A stretch of 63,246 nt of DNA, filler included, from Octopus bimaculoides (lineage: Eukaryota), in the NCBI RefSeq assembly GCF_001194135.2. It is 8 parts of 7 records of this genome, joined end to end, with 100 filler letters (N's around TTAATTAATTAA, not from the genome) between each part and the next. Parts side by side here need not be neighbours in the genome. Positions count along the whole stretch, not along the records: positions 29,956 to 49,194 come from NC_069002.1; positions 49,295 to 51,693 come from NW_026342390.1; positions 51,794 to 54,336 come from NC_068994.1; positions 54,437 to 56,738 come from NC_068982.1; 4 more parts are not named here. The stretch is one strand, 5' to 3'. Of the stretch, positions 40,651 to 55,123 are shown piece by piece (positions within the stretch are counted from its first letter, which is position 1; each line of letters opens with the position of its first letter). The position numbers and the translations under genes are program-made. The notes below the pieces were generated by a model. It was given only the letters and a program-made list of their open reading frames with translations. It was not told where the DNA came from and ran no database searches.

Positions 40651-42091
40651 ATACAAAGACGGACAAGCAGATTTCAAGCAGGAAGACAGCCACACAGACA
40701 AAGACAGATATACAGAATTTCCAGTTCTCAACACAAAACCATTTCTTCCGAGCCAAAGAGGGAACATCAACATGGACCCTTTACTTGCTAGAAAAAGTAA
40801 CTAAATTTCATCGGCGGCAGAATGTACTGTGCTTAGAAAATATGAAACCATTGGATCAGTTTTCTCAAACGGTGCAGAGTGGCACACCGATATATCACGA
40901 GGCTTACATGCGCCACCCTCTTTCCAAAATATAATTCCAGTCTTAAGAAATCCATTCTATTGCTTGAAACTCTTCAGAAACGTATTCTTCATGACTTTGT
41001 TATTCACAAATATGATTCATAAACGAAGTCTATTTTTTAAATATAGTCTTTCTAAATTTTTAACTTTAAAATAGAATTCTTTTAAACTTGCCATGCAAAG
41101 CATTTGTTTGGTGCAGTGGTTGTTTCGTCTTAACTGTACTATTTGTGAGAAGCTAATCTGATGAAAGCCCTTTTTTTTTTTCAAGAATCCGTTCACATTT
41201 TAGCATCAGCGTCATATCAAGTATTTTTCTTAAGAAATACCATAAAGCTTAAGCCTCTTCTCTTAAGGAACTAACAACCTCTTGTTTGAGGTTTATTTGG
41301 TTTCGCTCATTTGTTCTATGAATTTTTACACTCGCTTATTATTACATTCATACCCTTTCCAAAATCCAACATGTCATCGAGTTCCCTGCAAGACGATGTT
41401 ATGTTATTACTCATAGTAACTTTAAGCCAGTTCTTTGTTCTAGATGAGGGAAGTCTTTCCCTTCTCAGTTATCGTTCGCCCCTGATGCGCACGACACTGA
41501 GGACAAGACAATTTCAATTTTTTTCTATGTCCATTCACGCAATTGCAAGAATTGCTGCAAATGAAACCGCTGTAGAAGAAACTATGGTTCTCACTTCCAG
41601 GGCTGCTGCTGTTGTTGTTCGTAATGTCTTTGATTCCGACCGCTTCCCTCTTTTTTTCATCTACATTTTTACTTCAGGACCACCGCTTAGGTGATCTTTA
41701 CTATGACATCAGTAGCAACTAGGCCTTCTACTCCATCCTATTCACGTAACAGTTCAATATTTGGCAATCATCGGGACCTGAGTATCCACAGAGATGTCTC
41801 CATTTGAACACATGTTGCCACGAGTACATTTACCATCAACATATATGACCGTACTGTTCAGCAGCGATGACGACGATCCAGTGGAGCTGTAGCCTATTGT
41901 GGAAACAATGACAAGCACTTATATGGGTTATGCTGGACAGAAAATACAGAGGCACTCCATGGAGAAATAGCAATTTCTTTATGCTGCAGTATACTTATAT
42001 AATTAAAGTGGACACATAAAAGCTAATATGCATACACAGGCATAGGTTTGTGAATGTGTGCACCAGTGAATTTGTATGTGTATATACGTAG

Positions 42092-42127
<36 letters not shown>

Positions 42128-42749
42128 GACCATGTACGACTTACTGCTGAATGAAACTCGAGGGAATATAGTTCCGATTTGTCGGTAGAACATCATAGAT
42201 ATCGGAATTCCTCTGGTTTCGGGATCCATTAGTTGTCGTCAGGGTCCGATGAAGCTTGTCTTCATGAAATGGAAAATATAAGCTTTGAGCTATAAAATTA
42301 GGAACAGTGATGATAAACAACGCGAAATTAATTCCTCATTTATTCCCTGGTCCATCTCTCTTTCGCTCCCTTTCTAGCTCTCGGCAAAGATGTATGTGTG
42401 TGTGTGTGTGTGTATCTGTATGTATGTAAGTATATATGTAATATATGTTTGCATGCATATATACATATGAATATATCCAAGTATATATATGTATGCACAC
42501 ACACAGACATGTGTGTTCCTTATAAATTGTTTCTACAAATAAATTAGGGAACTAAAATTATAGAAATTTTAAATTCATAATAACGTAAGCATTTTGTAAG
42601 GAGTGTGTATGTATATTTCTTTGTATACGTATGCATATATAGATGTACATATATATTAACATATGTACATGTGTATACATATATATGTACATACATGTAT
42701 GTATATATATGCATATATATGTGTATATATATACATATGTATGTATATA

Positions 42750-42821
<72 letters not shown>

Positions 42822-42843
42822 CATACTTTTTTTTCTTTTATTC

Positions 42844-42970
42844 CTTTCTGTTGAAGAGCGTAGGCTCGAAACGTAAAAGTCTTTCTCATTTCCCGAGCGT
42901 CAAACTAATACACCTGATTGTTGTTCATACACTTGTCTTCGTCTTTTGTTTTTCTGTAAATTTCAACTAT
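42844..42970 (+). mobile_element. Short interspersed repeat carrying a minimal hammerhead-like motif (copies at 1611-1726 -, ~18770-18935 -, ~38540-38660 -)
   Basis: CTTT-CTGTTGA-A-GAGC-GTAG-GCTC-GAAA-CG-TA-AAAG followed by shared ..CCCGAGCGTCA.ACTAATACA.. Confidence 0.6.
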
Positions 42971-43879
42971 ATATTCATATACATAAAATATATATGTATA
43001 TACAAATATATATGTTCAACAATATATATATATGCATATGTATGTGTTTGCATGTGCGTGTGCGTGTGCGTATGTTTTCATATGCCAAGGGCGATGGATA
43101 TTTGAAGACAATTATATTCTTCTGTTCAAACCCATTGAAATGTTTGTATTTCGATCAGATTCCTTATGGCAGATGAAATGCTAACACAAAAGAACGAAAA
43201 GGAATGCAGTTATTATTGCCATACGTGCAGAACCGAGTGATTTGAGTATCGCCCACATTGTAAACCAAACTCGAAAGAAATGCCTTGCGACATTTGTATC
43301 AGCTCTTTACTTTCTGCGATCGAATTTCACAGATGTCATCTTTGCTATTCTTTGATCAGTGGTCGATAGAATACAGCACCAGTCACGCACTAAACATGAT
43401 AACATCGACTAATCCTTCACTTCAGAATTACTGTACTAGTGCCTAACCTGATTTCAAATTTTGACATGAGGCCTGCAATTTAGATGGAGGTGGGCAAGTC
43501 ATTTACATCAGGACCTCAACAGAATTTGAAATCGAAACGTAAAGATGAAGATGGACAAAATGCTACTTAGCATCTTGCCTCGCATGCTAACAATTCGGCC
43601 AGCATGCTGCCTTCACATCACATCAAATATTGATTTCAAATTCTGGCACAAGGCCAGCAATTTCAGGGGATGGGATAAGTCGATTATATTGTTCCCTTTG
43701 CTCAACTGGTACTTATTTTATCAACCCTGAAAGGATGAAAGGCTAAGTAAACCTCAGAGGAATATGAACTCAGGATGTAAACACAGAGAAAATGCTGCTA
43801 AGCATTCTGTCCGGTCGATTCTGCCAACTCACTGCTTTAAACTGCTGCCTACGTTAGAAACAATTATTAGATCCTCGTT

Positions 43880-44042
43880 GTTAAGGAGCTTACTTTGTAA
43901 CTATGCGGTATCGGGTTCAGTTCCACTGCGCGACAACTTGGGATAGTGTCTTCTGTTCTCACCTAATAACCGATAAGTGTTTCACGAGTGAACTTGGTAA
44001 AAGGAGACTGTCTGGAATCTTGTCATGAGTCCATGTGTATAC

Positions 44043-44099
<57 letters not shown>

Positions 44100-44345
44100 T
44101 GTATGTGTGTGTGTGTGTGTGAATGTGTGTGTGTACCTGTGTTTGTCCTCACAACCTCTTTGCTAGCGGTGTTGGTGTGTTCAGGTCCCCGGTAACATAG
44201 CAATTCGGCAAAAAAAGACTGATAGAGTAAGTACCACTTTTTTCAAATAAATAAGTACTGCGGTCGATTTGTTCGACCAAACAAAACTGTCCATGTGCTG
44301 CTCCAGTATGGACGGAAACAAAAAGACTGAAACAAATTTGAAAAG
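43880..44345 (+). mobile_element. SINE family A copy, diverged
   Basis: GGGTTCAGTTCCACTGCG..CAATTCGGCAAAAAAAGACTGATAGAGTAAGTAC..GCTCCAGTATGG. Confidence 0.7.
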
Positions 44346-44853
44346 AAAAGAAACAAAAAAAAAGAGAATATGTTAAAATCTTTAAAAGGAATTAGTGAAA
44401 ACCTTTATTATGCTTTTAAATGGAATTATTCATTTGAGAATATTAATTTTCAATATGTCCTCCAGTCATTATACAAACTGTGATACGATTCTGATGTATT
44501 AAAAATATGATTAACAAATACTTTTTAGTAAAACCTTGGAAAATATTAGTAATACAAACCCTCAAGTCATCTATAGAACGTGCTTCGATTGAACAAACAG
44601 TACTCTTTTACATGTTGGCTGTAAAATAAAGTTGAAATATTATTATTAAAATTCTTAGGCACGCTTACAATATAGTTTTGATTGGCGATAATAAAATGGA
44701 TGGCTTTTAAATGTTCTGTATAAATTATTTCTGTCAAATAGAGAACGAAAATGATAGAAATTTAAATTTTATAATTTATAATTACGTAAGCATTTTATAG
44801 GGAGTTTGTAAATATATTTGTGTGTGTACATAAATACACTCACTCGTTTTGTC

Positions 44854-44886
<33 letters not shown>

Positions 44887-44944
44887 GTGCAGACATACAT
44901 CTATGTAGATTAATATTTAGTTTTATGTGTAGATAAATATTATT

Positions 44945-45180
44945 TTTTGCCAATAAAGAGCCGGTTTCTAACCTAGATCCAAGGCACTTTCATTGGAATT
45001 TCAACATCAATAGGTTATGTATGTATGTTTGATGTATGCATGTAAGTATGTATGTCATTATTCAATTTTATTTCAAGATTTTTTGCCAAGAGAAAGAGAT
45101 GGTTTCTAACATGGATCCAAGGCTCTTTCATTGGAATTTCAGCAACATCAACAGGGTATTTTTGTACATATGTATGTATA
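44945..45180 (-). mobile_element. Two tandem solo 3'-UTR copies of the REL-type LINE at 24985-25440
   Basis: Shared TTTCTAAC..GATCCAAGGC..TTCATTGGAATTTCA.CA.CATCAA..AGGGTAT motif with adjacent (TATG)n. Confidence 0.7.
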
Positions 45181-45226
45181 TGAGCAGATTTGTATGTTTT
45201 GCTTTATGTATGTATTGTCATGCATT

Positions 45227-45606
45227 GGAGGCGCAATAGCCCAGTGATTAGGGCAGCGGACTCACGGTAGTAGGATCGCAGTTTCGATTCCCAGACCGGG
45301 CGTTGTAAGTGTTTATTGAGGGAAAACACCTAAAGCTCCACGAGGCTCTGGCAGGGGATGGTGGCGAACCCTGCTGTACTCTTTCACCACAACTTTCTCT
45401 CACTCTTACTTCCTGTTTATGTTGTGCCTGTAATTCAAAGGGTCAGCTTTGTCACTCTCTGTGTCACGCTGAATATCCCCGAGAAGTACGTTAAGGGTAC
45501 ACGTGTCTGTGGAGTGCTCAGCCACTTGCACGTTAATTTCACGAGCAAGCTGTTCCGTTGATCGGATCAACTGGAAGACTCGACGTCGTAAGAGACAGAG
45601 TGCCAA
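45227..45606 (+). mobile_element. SINE family C copy, complete
   Basis: GGAGGCGCAAT.GCCCAGTG.TTAGGGCAGCGGACTC..GGATCGC.GTTTCGATTCCCAGACCGGG head with A/B boxes. Confidence 0.85.
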
Positions 45607-46439
45607 CAACAACAATAAGCATCGAAAAATGTCTACAGGATGGAGTTGGAGGAAGAGAACTCTCCTACATACAATTATAGAATATTTAATTTCAACTTAA
45701 TTATTCATTATTATTAAGAAACTAATGAAAGCTCCCCTTAATGAAGAATAAGAAAAATTAATGCAAAGAAAAACCCAGGAAAAAGAACTCCAACTACGAA
45801 AGCAAAGGGAAGTGTTTAAATCAGACAACAGCAGCAACAACAACAACAACAACAACAAGGTTTGCGCTCTCTGAGTTCTCTTGTTATTATTATTGTTAAG
45901 GCAACGAGCTGATAGAATCGATAGCACTCGGGACTAAATGCTTAGCGTCATTTCGTCCGTCTTTGCGTTCTCAGTTCAAATTCCGCCGATGCCGATATTA
46001 CCTCGCATCCTTTCGGGGTTGGTAAAAATAAGTACCAGAGAAACACGGGGGTCGATGTGTTTGACTGGTCCCCTCCCCCAAAATGTCAGGCTTTGTGCCT
46101 TTAGTAGAAAGAATTATTATTATTATTGTTGTTGTTGTTGATGATACTGTAGTTGCTTAACGGAATTTTTTTCAGTCTCTACGTTCTGAGCTCAAATTCC
46201 ACTGAGGATCATTTTGCCTTTCACCTATTTCGGGGCCGATGAAGTAAGTATAAGTTAAATAATGAGGACGATGTAATCGTCTTTCCCCTCCCGTCAAAAA
46301 CTGGCTATTCTGTGCCAAAATTTGAAACCATTATCAATAAATGGCATTATTATAATTATTATTATTATTATTATCAATATTATTTTTGTCATCATCATTA
46401 TCGTCATTGTCAAAACCATTATTATTGTTATCCTCCTCC

Positions 46440-46477
<38 letters not shown>

Positions 46478-47365
46478 GCCATCATCGTTGTTATTTATTG
46501 GGAAACTTTGTCCATACGTCTCTAAATGAGCTTAATGAATAACTGCTAATGACTTCTCGGTTTTCTAATTAATTAATTACTCTTAGGGGTGTTATTTTCA
46601 AAGTTTGTCAAACAACTTTTTTCTTTATTCATATTTATTATATTTTCAAAAAAATTATTAATTACAAATTTTATTTGTAATTTTGTACATGTGCATCGAA
46701 ATCACAGTAAACTCTTATCAGCGCTAATTATTGGTTAATGAGGGTGGGGCGTTTCCTTTTGCATGCTGGTGGCTCCCCTGAACAGATTTAATTACGACCT
46801 TCTGTGTGTATCCAGAACTACACTCGCACACATAGAATTATCAGCAACACTCGGTTGCCAAACCAATGTGATGCCAAGTCTATCAAGAATCCCCCGAATC
46901 ATTCGTCACTTCAGCTATCTTTGACCCAATGGCATTGATAAAGGACATTCATTGATTTTCGAATCGTCGTGGTGTGATTTCGTGTGTTTTGTGGATTTCA
47001 ATTGCGATTATTATTTTTTTTTTTTTAATTTATTGTTTTATTGTACTTGTTCTGCGAAAGTATTTTTTATTTAGGATTTCTCTATACTACAGTCCTAGAC
47101 GGCAAAGAAAAAAAGAAAACAAAAACCACTTTGGCAATGTCTTGCATGCTTAAGGTCAGATGTCTTCGTCGAGGCTAATAAAGTTAGATAGTCCATTAGG
47201 TCTTTAGCTTCGAGTATTAGCAATCAATTCCTGTTTTTTTTTTCTTTCTTTATATTTATTTATTGTTGTTTGTTTTGGTTCTTTCTTTTTCCTTTCGGCA
47301 AACTGATATAAATTATAGTATATCCTCCTCAATTTACGGGCCTTGAAAGCATTTTGTATATATAA

Positions 47366-47398
<33 letters not shown>

Positions 47399-47494
47399 NN
47401 NNNNNNNNNNNNNNNNNNNNNNNNNNNNNNNNNNNNNNNNNNNNNNNNNNNNNNNNNNNNNNNNNNNNNNNNNNNNNNNNNNNNNNNNNNNNNN

Positions 47495-47530
<36 letters not shown>

Positions 47531-47537
47531 CATATGT

Positions 47538-47918
47538 GGAGGCCCAATGGCCCAGTGGTTAGGGCAGCGGACTCGCAGTCATAGGATCGCGGTTTCGATT
47601 CCCAGACCGGGCGTTGTGAGTATTTATTGAGCAAAAACACTTAAAGCCCCACGAGGCTCCGGCAGGGGATGGTGGCGTTCCCTGCTGTTCTCTTTCACCA
47701 CAACTTTCTCTCACTCTTTCTTCCTGTTTCTGTTGTGCCTGTAATTCAAAGGGTCAGCCTTGTCACACTCTGTGTCACGCTGAATATCCCCAAGAACTAC
47801 GTTAAGGGTACACGTGACTGTGGAGTGCTCAGCCACATGCACGTTAATTTCACGAGCAGGCTGTTCCGTTGACCGGAGCAAGTGGAACCCTCGACGTCGT
47901 AAGCGACGGAGTGCCGAC
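47538..47918 (+). mobile_element. SINE family C copy, complete
   Basis: High identity to 45227-45606. Confidence 0.85.
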
Positions 47919-49294
47919 ACAGTATACATATATATCGGTGTACGTGTGTGTACACACACATAAATATATACTTGTATAGAGTGATCAAGAGAGAGAGAGA
48001 GAGAGAGAGCAGTTGTATGTGTATGTGTGTGTTTCCGTGTGTGTGTGTGTGTGTGTGTATGTGTGTGTGTGTGTGTATGCTGGAGAACGCTAAACCAAGC
48101 ATGATATAAATATTCACTGACTAATACTCAGATAAATGAGGACATAAATTGCAATTCCTTCATCCAGGTGGCACCACGGTAGAAAGTCGGTGATTAGAAC
48201 GATCCATGTCGAATGGATATGGAAGTCAAGAAGCAGATAAACCACAAGTAGGATTGATGAGTATATGCAAAATTAATTATGTAATACACCTATTTGGACA
48301 GCTCTTTCTGGGGAGCCATAGCTTATGCTATAAGAACTTTTACGTAACAAATATCTCATAATGTCGTAAGTGTATGGAATAACATCGGCCCTTAAGGCCA
48401 CAACCGTATTGCTTTAAGAGAACAATCAAACGATAGAATTCTTCGAAATCAAGTTGCAAACATCATATATGTAGATGTGTACGCGGGGAGGACAAAAAAT
48501 AATTAATCCAGAGAAATACCTAAGATTAACCAAACTATGTCGCATGAATTTTCAGAATGGTACATAAATAGCATACAAGATAATTCTTTGTTTTTTTGTT
48601 TTTTAAATATGTTTCCTTTGAGAAAAAATTCAACAAACAATTCCGAAGAATTGTTGCCTGCTTAAGATTTTCTCGCCTTCTCATTCAATGTGGTTTGCCA
48701 TGCTGCTAGGTACTTGTTTCCTTTCTCTCCAAATCACAAAAAAATTTCAATAAATCAGGAATTTATCTATTTTGCAACTAAGAATACTTTTCTTTGTCAT
48801 ATAAATATCTTTGCTTTTTGCTTTTTATATCATTTTGCTTTTGTATCATTCATATATATATATATATATATATATATAAACAAAAGTAAATGAGTATATG
48901 CATATATACGTACAGGTATGTGCATACCGACATCCACCTGTATGTATAGGTGCATATCTGGGTACAGGACATTGCAAACAAACGTAGACGAGAACACACG
49001 AGCCACATAGAGAACATTCTACTTCATCAGCTACCCACGTTTTAACACCGGCGTTTCGACGAGCTTCGGGCAGGACGCAACGTTAAAACGGCTCGTCCCA
49101 TGGATCGCAGATTAAATCTGTATACGCAAATTAAATCTAGCCATGGAGGAATGTAGTGGCGGACAAAAAACAAGACAGGAAAACAAACAGAAAANNNNNN
49201 NNNNNNNNNNNNNNNNNNNNNNNNNNNNNNNNNNNNNNTTAATTAATTAANNNNNNNNNNNNNNNNNNNNNNNNNNNNNNNNNNNNNNNNNNNN

Positions 49295-49326
<32 letters not shown>

Positions 49327-50236
49327 GAGAGAGAGAAAGAGAGACCGTTGAAATACATCCTAGGATTACAAAGAATAAATCCTGGGGTCAATTTCTTCAC
49401 CGGAAAAAAACATTACGCGGTGGTCTAGTATGGTAATGATCAAATGACTGCGGCAAATAAATGAAGAATATGGACATATATTATATATATATATATATCG
49501 ATACATATACATACAGACATGCAGACACGCGTACACCCACTCACAAACACATACATTGCATATAACAGAAAGACTGAAGGCGAGACAGACAAGCAACCAG
49601 ATACTAAGAGAAAGAGTGGTATGTATATATATACGTAATACCCACACACTGAGATGGTAGAGCGATAAAATGAGGAATTTTAAAGAATATTTCTAATGGA
49701 ATGATTGGCCTCTAGGGGGAGGTCTGCAGAATATTATACAAAATTCATTCGCCATTTTAAAAGCATAAGAGTCGTATTAATGTCTCATTGAGATGGCGAT
49801 TTTCGTGATTTATTGTAAGAGCAATGGCGAACAGTATCGCGGGAAATACGCTATTTCGTACGGCACTAGCTGGAGTGCAGTGTTTCATCTAAATCGATTG
49901 ATCGATTTTATATATTACCTCCTCTTCTTCGACTGATCTCGTTATATGTCTTGTCTCAAATGTCTAGCATGTATATAAACGATATTGGCAGCATATTATA
50001 TGTGATGTCAGCCATACTTAATATCCGGTCATATTTTCCGTCATCATGATGTAGTGGCGCAGTTGTCTAGTGTTCAGAGGGAAAGGTTAACGAAGAAGAT
50101 ATTTCGTTCGCTACAACAATCTTAATCCTTGAAGCCAGTAGGCTTTTCAACATCGCGGTAAAGTAGAACTTGTATGCAGGTGGTGTGTGGACGTTTGGAT
50201 TTATTTATATCAAGTATATACGTATGAATCTACCCA

Positions 50237-50294
<58 letters not shown>

Positions 50295-50609
50295 GCGCAT
50301 GTATATGTGTATATTCATGCAAATGTATGTGTGCGTATAATATCTTTTTATATATGTATATATGAATCAAGCATAGGGTATGCATGTATTTCTACACGTA
50401 TACACACACAAGTAAACACACAAACACACACACACATATATATATATATATACACATACATATATACATATGCATATATACACATGCATATATGTATATA
50501 TATTCATATATACTCGCAGAAGCAAACAAAATTTCACACATACTTGAGTAGCATCGAAACGCAAACTCTTATGCGTGCGTGTGTGGTTTTACACACAAAC
50601 ACACACACT

Positions 50610-50645
<36 letters not shown>

Positions 50646-51149
50646 TATGTATACACTCGAAGCTTGCCAATTTCATGTTAAACAACACAGAATGTTTCTG
50701 TGAAAAGTAATTACTTTCTTCAATTCTTGTCGAGAGAATCTCTCAATAAACAAGACAATCAGCTTCATGTACTTTATGTAAGGCATAGCATGAAAGAGCG
50801 AAAATATCATCTACTCTCTACATATACGAGTAACACATTCCCCTATCTTATTGCTATGAATCGACGCTGTAATGCCAATACCCTTCGCCCAGCAATTTAT
50901 ACATGACACAAAAATTCCTTTGCGAATTGAACCATTGGTTGTTGTTGCTGCTTTTGCCATGACTGCTGTTCTCCTGGAAACTACTTATTGAGCAGACATG
51001 AGATTCAATATGCTCCGTTTGTCTTCAATTCAAACATATTGCATTAAGTAAAAGGGGTAGTAATGTGTATACTTTTCTGAATAAAAGAACGTAAATTAAT
51101 TAAAAATTCTTTGGGAAATGTGGAGGAAACATCTTTGGCTTATATATCA

Positions 51150-51245
51150 AAGCAACTGAGATTTTTTGGTCATGTTATGAGGAAAGAGGGCATGTAGAAT
51201 TTAGCAACGGCTGGAAGGATTGAAGGCAGAAGTAAGGCAAAGAGA
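51150..51245 (+). mobile_element. RTE-clade LINE C-terminal fragment
   Basis: KQLRFFGHVMRKEGM*NLATAGRIEGR, typical of the RTE/BovB C-terminus. Confidence 0.6.
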
Positions 51246-51909
51246 CATGATATAAATGTTAAACTTGACGAACTGGTTGTAAGAAAGAGCAGCCATTAAA
51301 CACCTGCCTACGACCTACATTCTTATCATTGCAGCTAAAGAAAGAAAGATGCTTTTTAATATGGACGTTAGGGGGAATGAATACGGAAATCATATTAATC
51401 AAAATTAAGGCGAACTGCTTCCTATCCATTCTTTCTTCGTGTCAGTTTTCAAATTCTACACATGCTTCGTACTAAAACGAAAAGATTATCTCCCTTAAAA
51501 TAACCCTAACCGATAGAAAGATCAAACGTGTTCAAATTTCTATTTCCTTTTAAATTCAGAAAATGACAATGCTAATAAGAGTTGACAAGAGACAAAACTC
51601 AAGTATGTTATGTGTATATGCAAGGGAACTAACTCAAAATAATCATAAGATAAGGGCGGTGTATAAAATTGTTTAACTATATATATATACATANNNNNNN
51701 NNNNNNNNNNNNNNNNNNNNNNNNNNNNNNNNNNNNNTTAATTAATTAANNNNNNNNNNNNNNNNNNNNNNNNNNNNNNNNNNNNNNNNNNNNACACACA
51801 CACACAAACAAACAAACAAACAAACAAAGGTAACCTACTCCTTTCGAGAATTGTCTTGTCAAGCGGAATGAAATAGTCTCAGGAGCAGTAACAACAACAC
51901 CACCACCAC

Positions 51910-51940
<31 letters not shown>

Positions 51941-51981
51941 AATAGAAACATCCTCATCAGCATCATCATCACCATCGTCAT

Positions 51982-52016
<35 letters not shown>

Positions 52017-52157
52017 ATGGTAGTAGCCATCTTGATTGTCTCAATCTATATTCATGATATAAGGATTACAACTCCCGACTAAAGGATCACACGCAATGAT
52101 TGGATAGCATCGATTTTATACACACACATATACATATGTATGCATATGTATACTTGC

Positions 52158-52188
<31 letters not shown>

Positions 52189-52466
52189 AAGAAATATATA
52201 TGCATATCTATATGTGTATATATACAGGTATATGCATATATATATGTATATATATGTATATGTATATGTGTATACAATTATATGTGCACACTTACACACA
52301 TATATACATACAGATATATATGCATGTATATATGCATTTATTCATACAATTTATGTATGTATATGCACATATATGTATGTATATTGACATGTATAAGCAT
52401 ATATACACATATATACACATATATACATGCATACATATATAAATGCATAAACATATACACATACAC

Positions 52467-52518
<52 letters not shown>

Positions 52519-53464
52519 NNNNNNNNNNNNNNNNNNNNNNNNNNNNNNNNNNNNNNNNNNNTATATATATGTATATATATGTATATGCCTGTGTGTTTGT
52601 ATGTATACATGTATGCTTATATGTATCAGTTGAATAGCTGCCGAAGCATCGAGATGTTTCATAAAGTTACTTGTGGTAAATATTTCATATTTTCTTTATG
52701 TCCTCCCGTTTGTTTAATTGACTTAGACATAAAAGCATAGCGCCGACTACCTGTTTAGTAGTTGATCACTCTCAGTGACTATATACCTTCTTTAAATGAA
52801 CAATAACGCAACTGCATAAGCTCATCTGCGTCTCCTCATTATATTGCTCCTGGCATCAACCGAGAGAACACTCTAGCAATATTTTTATTAGATTTTCAAA
52901 ACATAAATATATATGCTTTAACGGTAGAACTCGAAGGAGATAAAGCTATAGTACCTTGTAGAACATTGGGTATAAAAAAAAATCCCTTGAATTGAAAAAA
53001 AAAAAACGTTGAAGGCTTACTGCGAGACTAGAACTCACAGCTTTTGTAGTCACGACAGATGTGCCACCAGCTCTCCTAATTTCTTCTATCAGTTTTAAGA
53101 GGTATATTTTTACACGCAAGAATTGTATGTTGTTTACATTATAGCAATTATTTTTATTTCTTAGAAACTACGAGATATGAAATTTTTTCACCCAATGCTC
53201 AACATTTTCGTATGTATAACTTTATCTAATTCGAGTTGCAACGTTAAAACGATTTATTTCGTACCTCGTGAAGTTAGAACAAAACAAATAAATTCTTATA
53301 ATGTAAACAGCATACAATTTTTGCTGGTAAGAACAAAGCTTTGAAGGGTTGCTTTGGTATAATGGTAGCACGTCTGTCATACCCATAGAAGATGTTGATT
53401 CGAGCATCTATGTATTATATGTGTGTGCATGAACCCCTCCAGTTCATATATATGTGTAGAATTG

Positions 53465-53507
<43 letters not shown>

Positions 53508-53984
53508 GATATTTAATAGGATTGTATTATTTTGCGCTACCATAGGTTTCTAGCAGAATAAACCGCATTTATTCAACTGGAACTTGAAGTATTCATGATA
53601 ATCTTGTTAAATTAAGACGATATATCGTTCATACTTTAAAACTTTGGCTGAATAGATGCAGTTTGTCCTGCAAGAAACCTATAGTACCGAGAAATACTGC
53701 AATTCTTTTAAAAAAGATTATTGATCCACCCGACCAGTATTGATTACACATTGTTTCTGTTCATTACTAACGAGTATGTGCTTGTGTAAGGAATTTAAAA
53801 CTGCTATTCCCGTTTATCAGATTCATTCATCAATGATCTAGGATATCACTGTACGCTCAGTTGTGATAACAAGGGTCGACGATCAAATATTCTGGTCGGT
53901 CCGGAAAAGCGCGCATCAGTTACCAGCTACAGTGCACAGTTACCTAGAATGCACTGACTATCTATCGTGTTTACGTCAAGGCAG

Positions 53985-54192
53985 CGAGCTGGCAGAAACG
54001 TTAGCATGCCGGGCGAAATACTTAACGGTATTTCGTCTGCTACTACGTTCTGAGTTCAAATTCCGCCGAGGTCGACTTTGCCTTTCATCCTTTCGGGGTC
54101 GATAAATTAAGTACCAGTTGCGTACTGGGGTCGATCTGATCGACTGGCCCCCTCCCCCGAAATTTTAGGCCTTGTGCTTTTAACAGAAAGGA
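53985..54192 (+). mobile_element. SINE family B copy (others at ~16240-16410 -, ~43480-43850 - x2, ~45900-46330 + x2)
   Basis: GCGAGCTGGCAGAAACGTTAGCA..GTTCTGAGTTCAAATTCCGCCGAGGTCGACTTTGCC (A and B boxes). Confidence 0.85.
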
Positions 54193-55123
54193 GTATCTAT
54201 CGTGCTTACGTCACTGTGCTGCGAGGCTGCGTGTTTTTTATACAGATTTATGTACACGCAATAAGGACAAAATATGAAGGCACCTGAACTTAAAAGACGT
54301 TGCCAAACATATGTCCATTATTTACTGTTTAGAATCNNNNNNNNNNNNNNNNNNNNNNNNNNNNNNNNNNNNNNNNNNNNTTAATTAATTAANNNNNNNN
54401 NNNNNNNNNNNNNNNNNNNNNNNNNNNNNNNNNNNNATAAAAGAATGTATATATCAACCAACAATAAATAACAAATGAATGTATATAAAATACTTATTAT
54501 ATTAAGATAGAAAAATATTATTAAAAATATCAAAATTATAAACGTTCAATAATTAACTTTACGTTTATTATAATATAAGCTAACAGGAATATTATATGCA
54601 AAAAATAAATTTAACGAATCTTTCGTTTAAAATACAATTTGAACGAAGTTTTAGGTTAAAATAATAAAGATAGAAGTAGCACATATCTAAACGTTGTATT
54701 AGTTTAAACTAAAAGATTTTAGACTAAAACGTTTATTTGAAAGAAGTCTCGTGAAAATATTGCGTAAAGAAAAAGAATAGAATAAATAGATATAAAAACA
54801 TGAATGATAATTTTGTTATGAATGAAAGATTAAACTTTATACAACTTAAATCATAATAAAACAATTAACTATATTGTATAATCAAAGAAATTAAATAAAA
54901 CGATTAGTTATTTATCCCGTAAAATAAAAAGAAATATTAAACAGTATTAATGGAAAAAATTCAACCCTAATCAAATCGGAGTCTTGGTTTAGGCTAAGAT
55001 GATAAACTTACTACTAATTAATTTAGTGTTAAAAAAGGTATCGACTAAAATTATCATTAAAAATCAATTGAATTTATATAAAAATGCATTTTTTTCAATG
55101 ATATAAAGTCATTTAACAAAGGT

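Noticed and set aside
46830-46910. Minus-strand RLGITLVWQP resembling SKOR LGITCVQC
   Set aside because: Flanking residues do not match the Ski domain
49010-49075. Minus-strand GAAACG ... CTGATGAAG suggesting a type II hammerhead
   Set aside because: Stems I and II cannot be formed convincingly
49905-49960. Minus-strand peptide TYNEISRRRGGNI resembling SKOR SYNEIHNRRVALGI
   Set aside because: Only YNEI matches, the phase does not fit the donor, and a stop follows immediately
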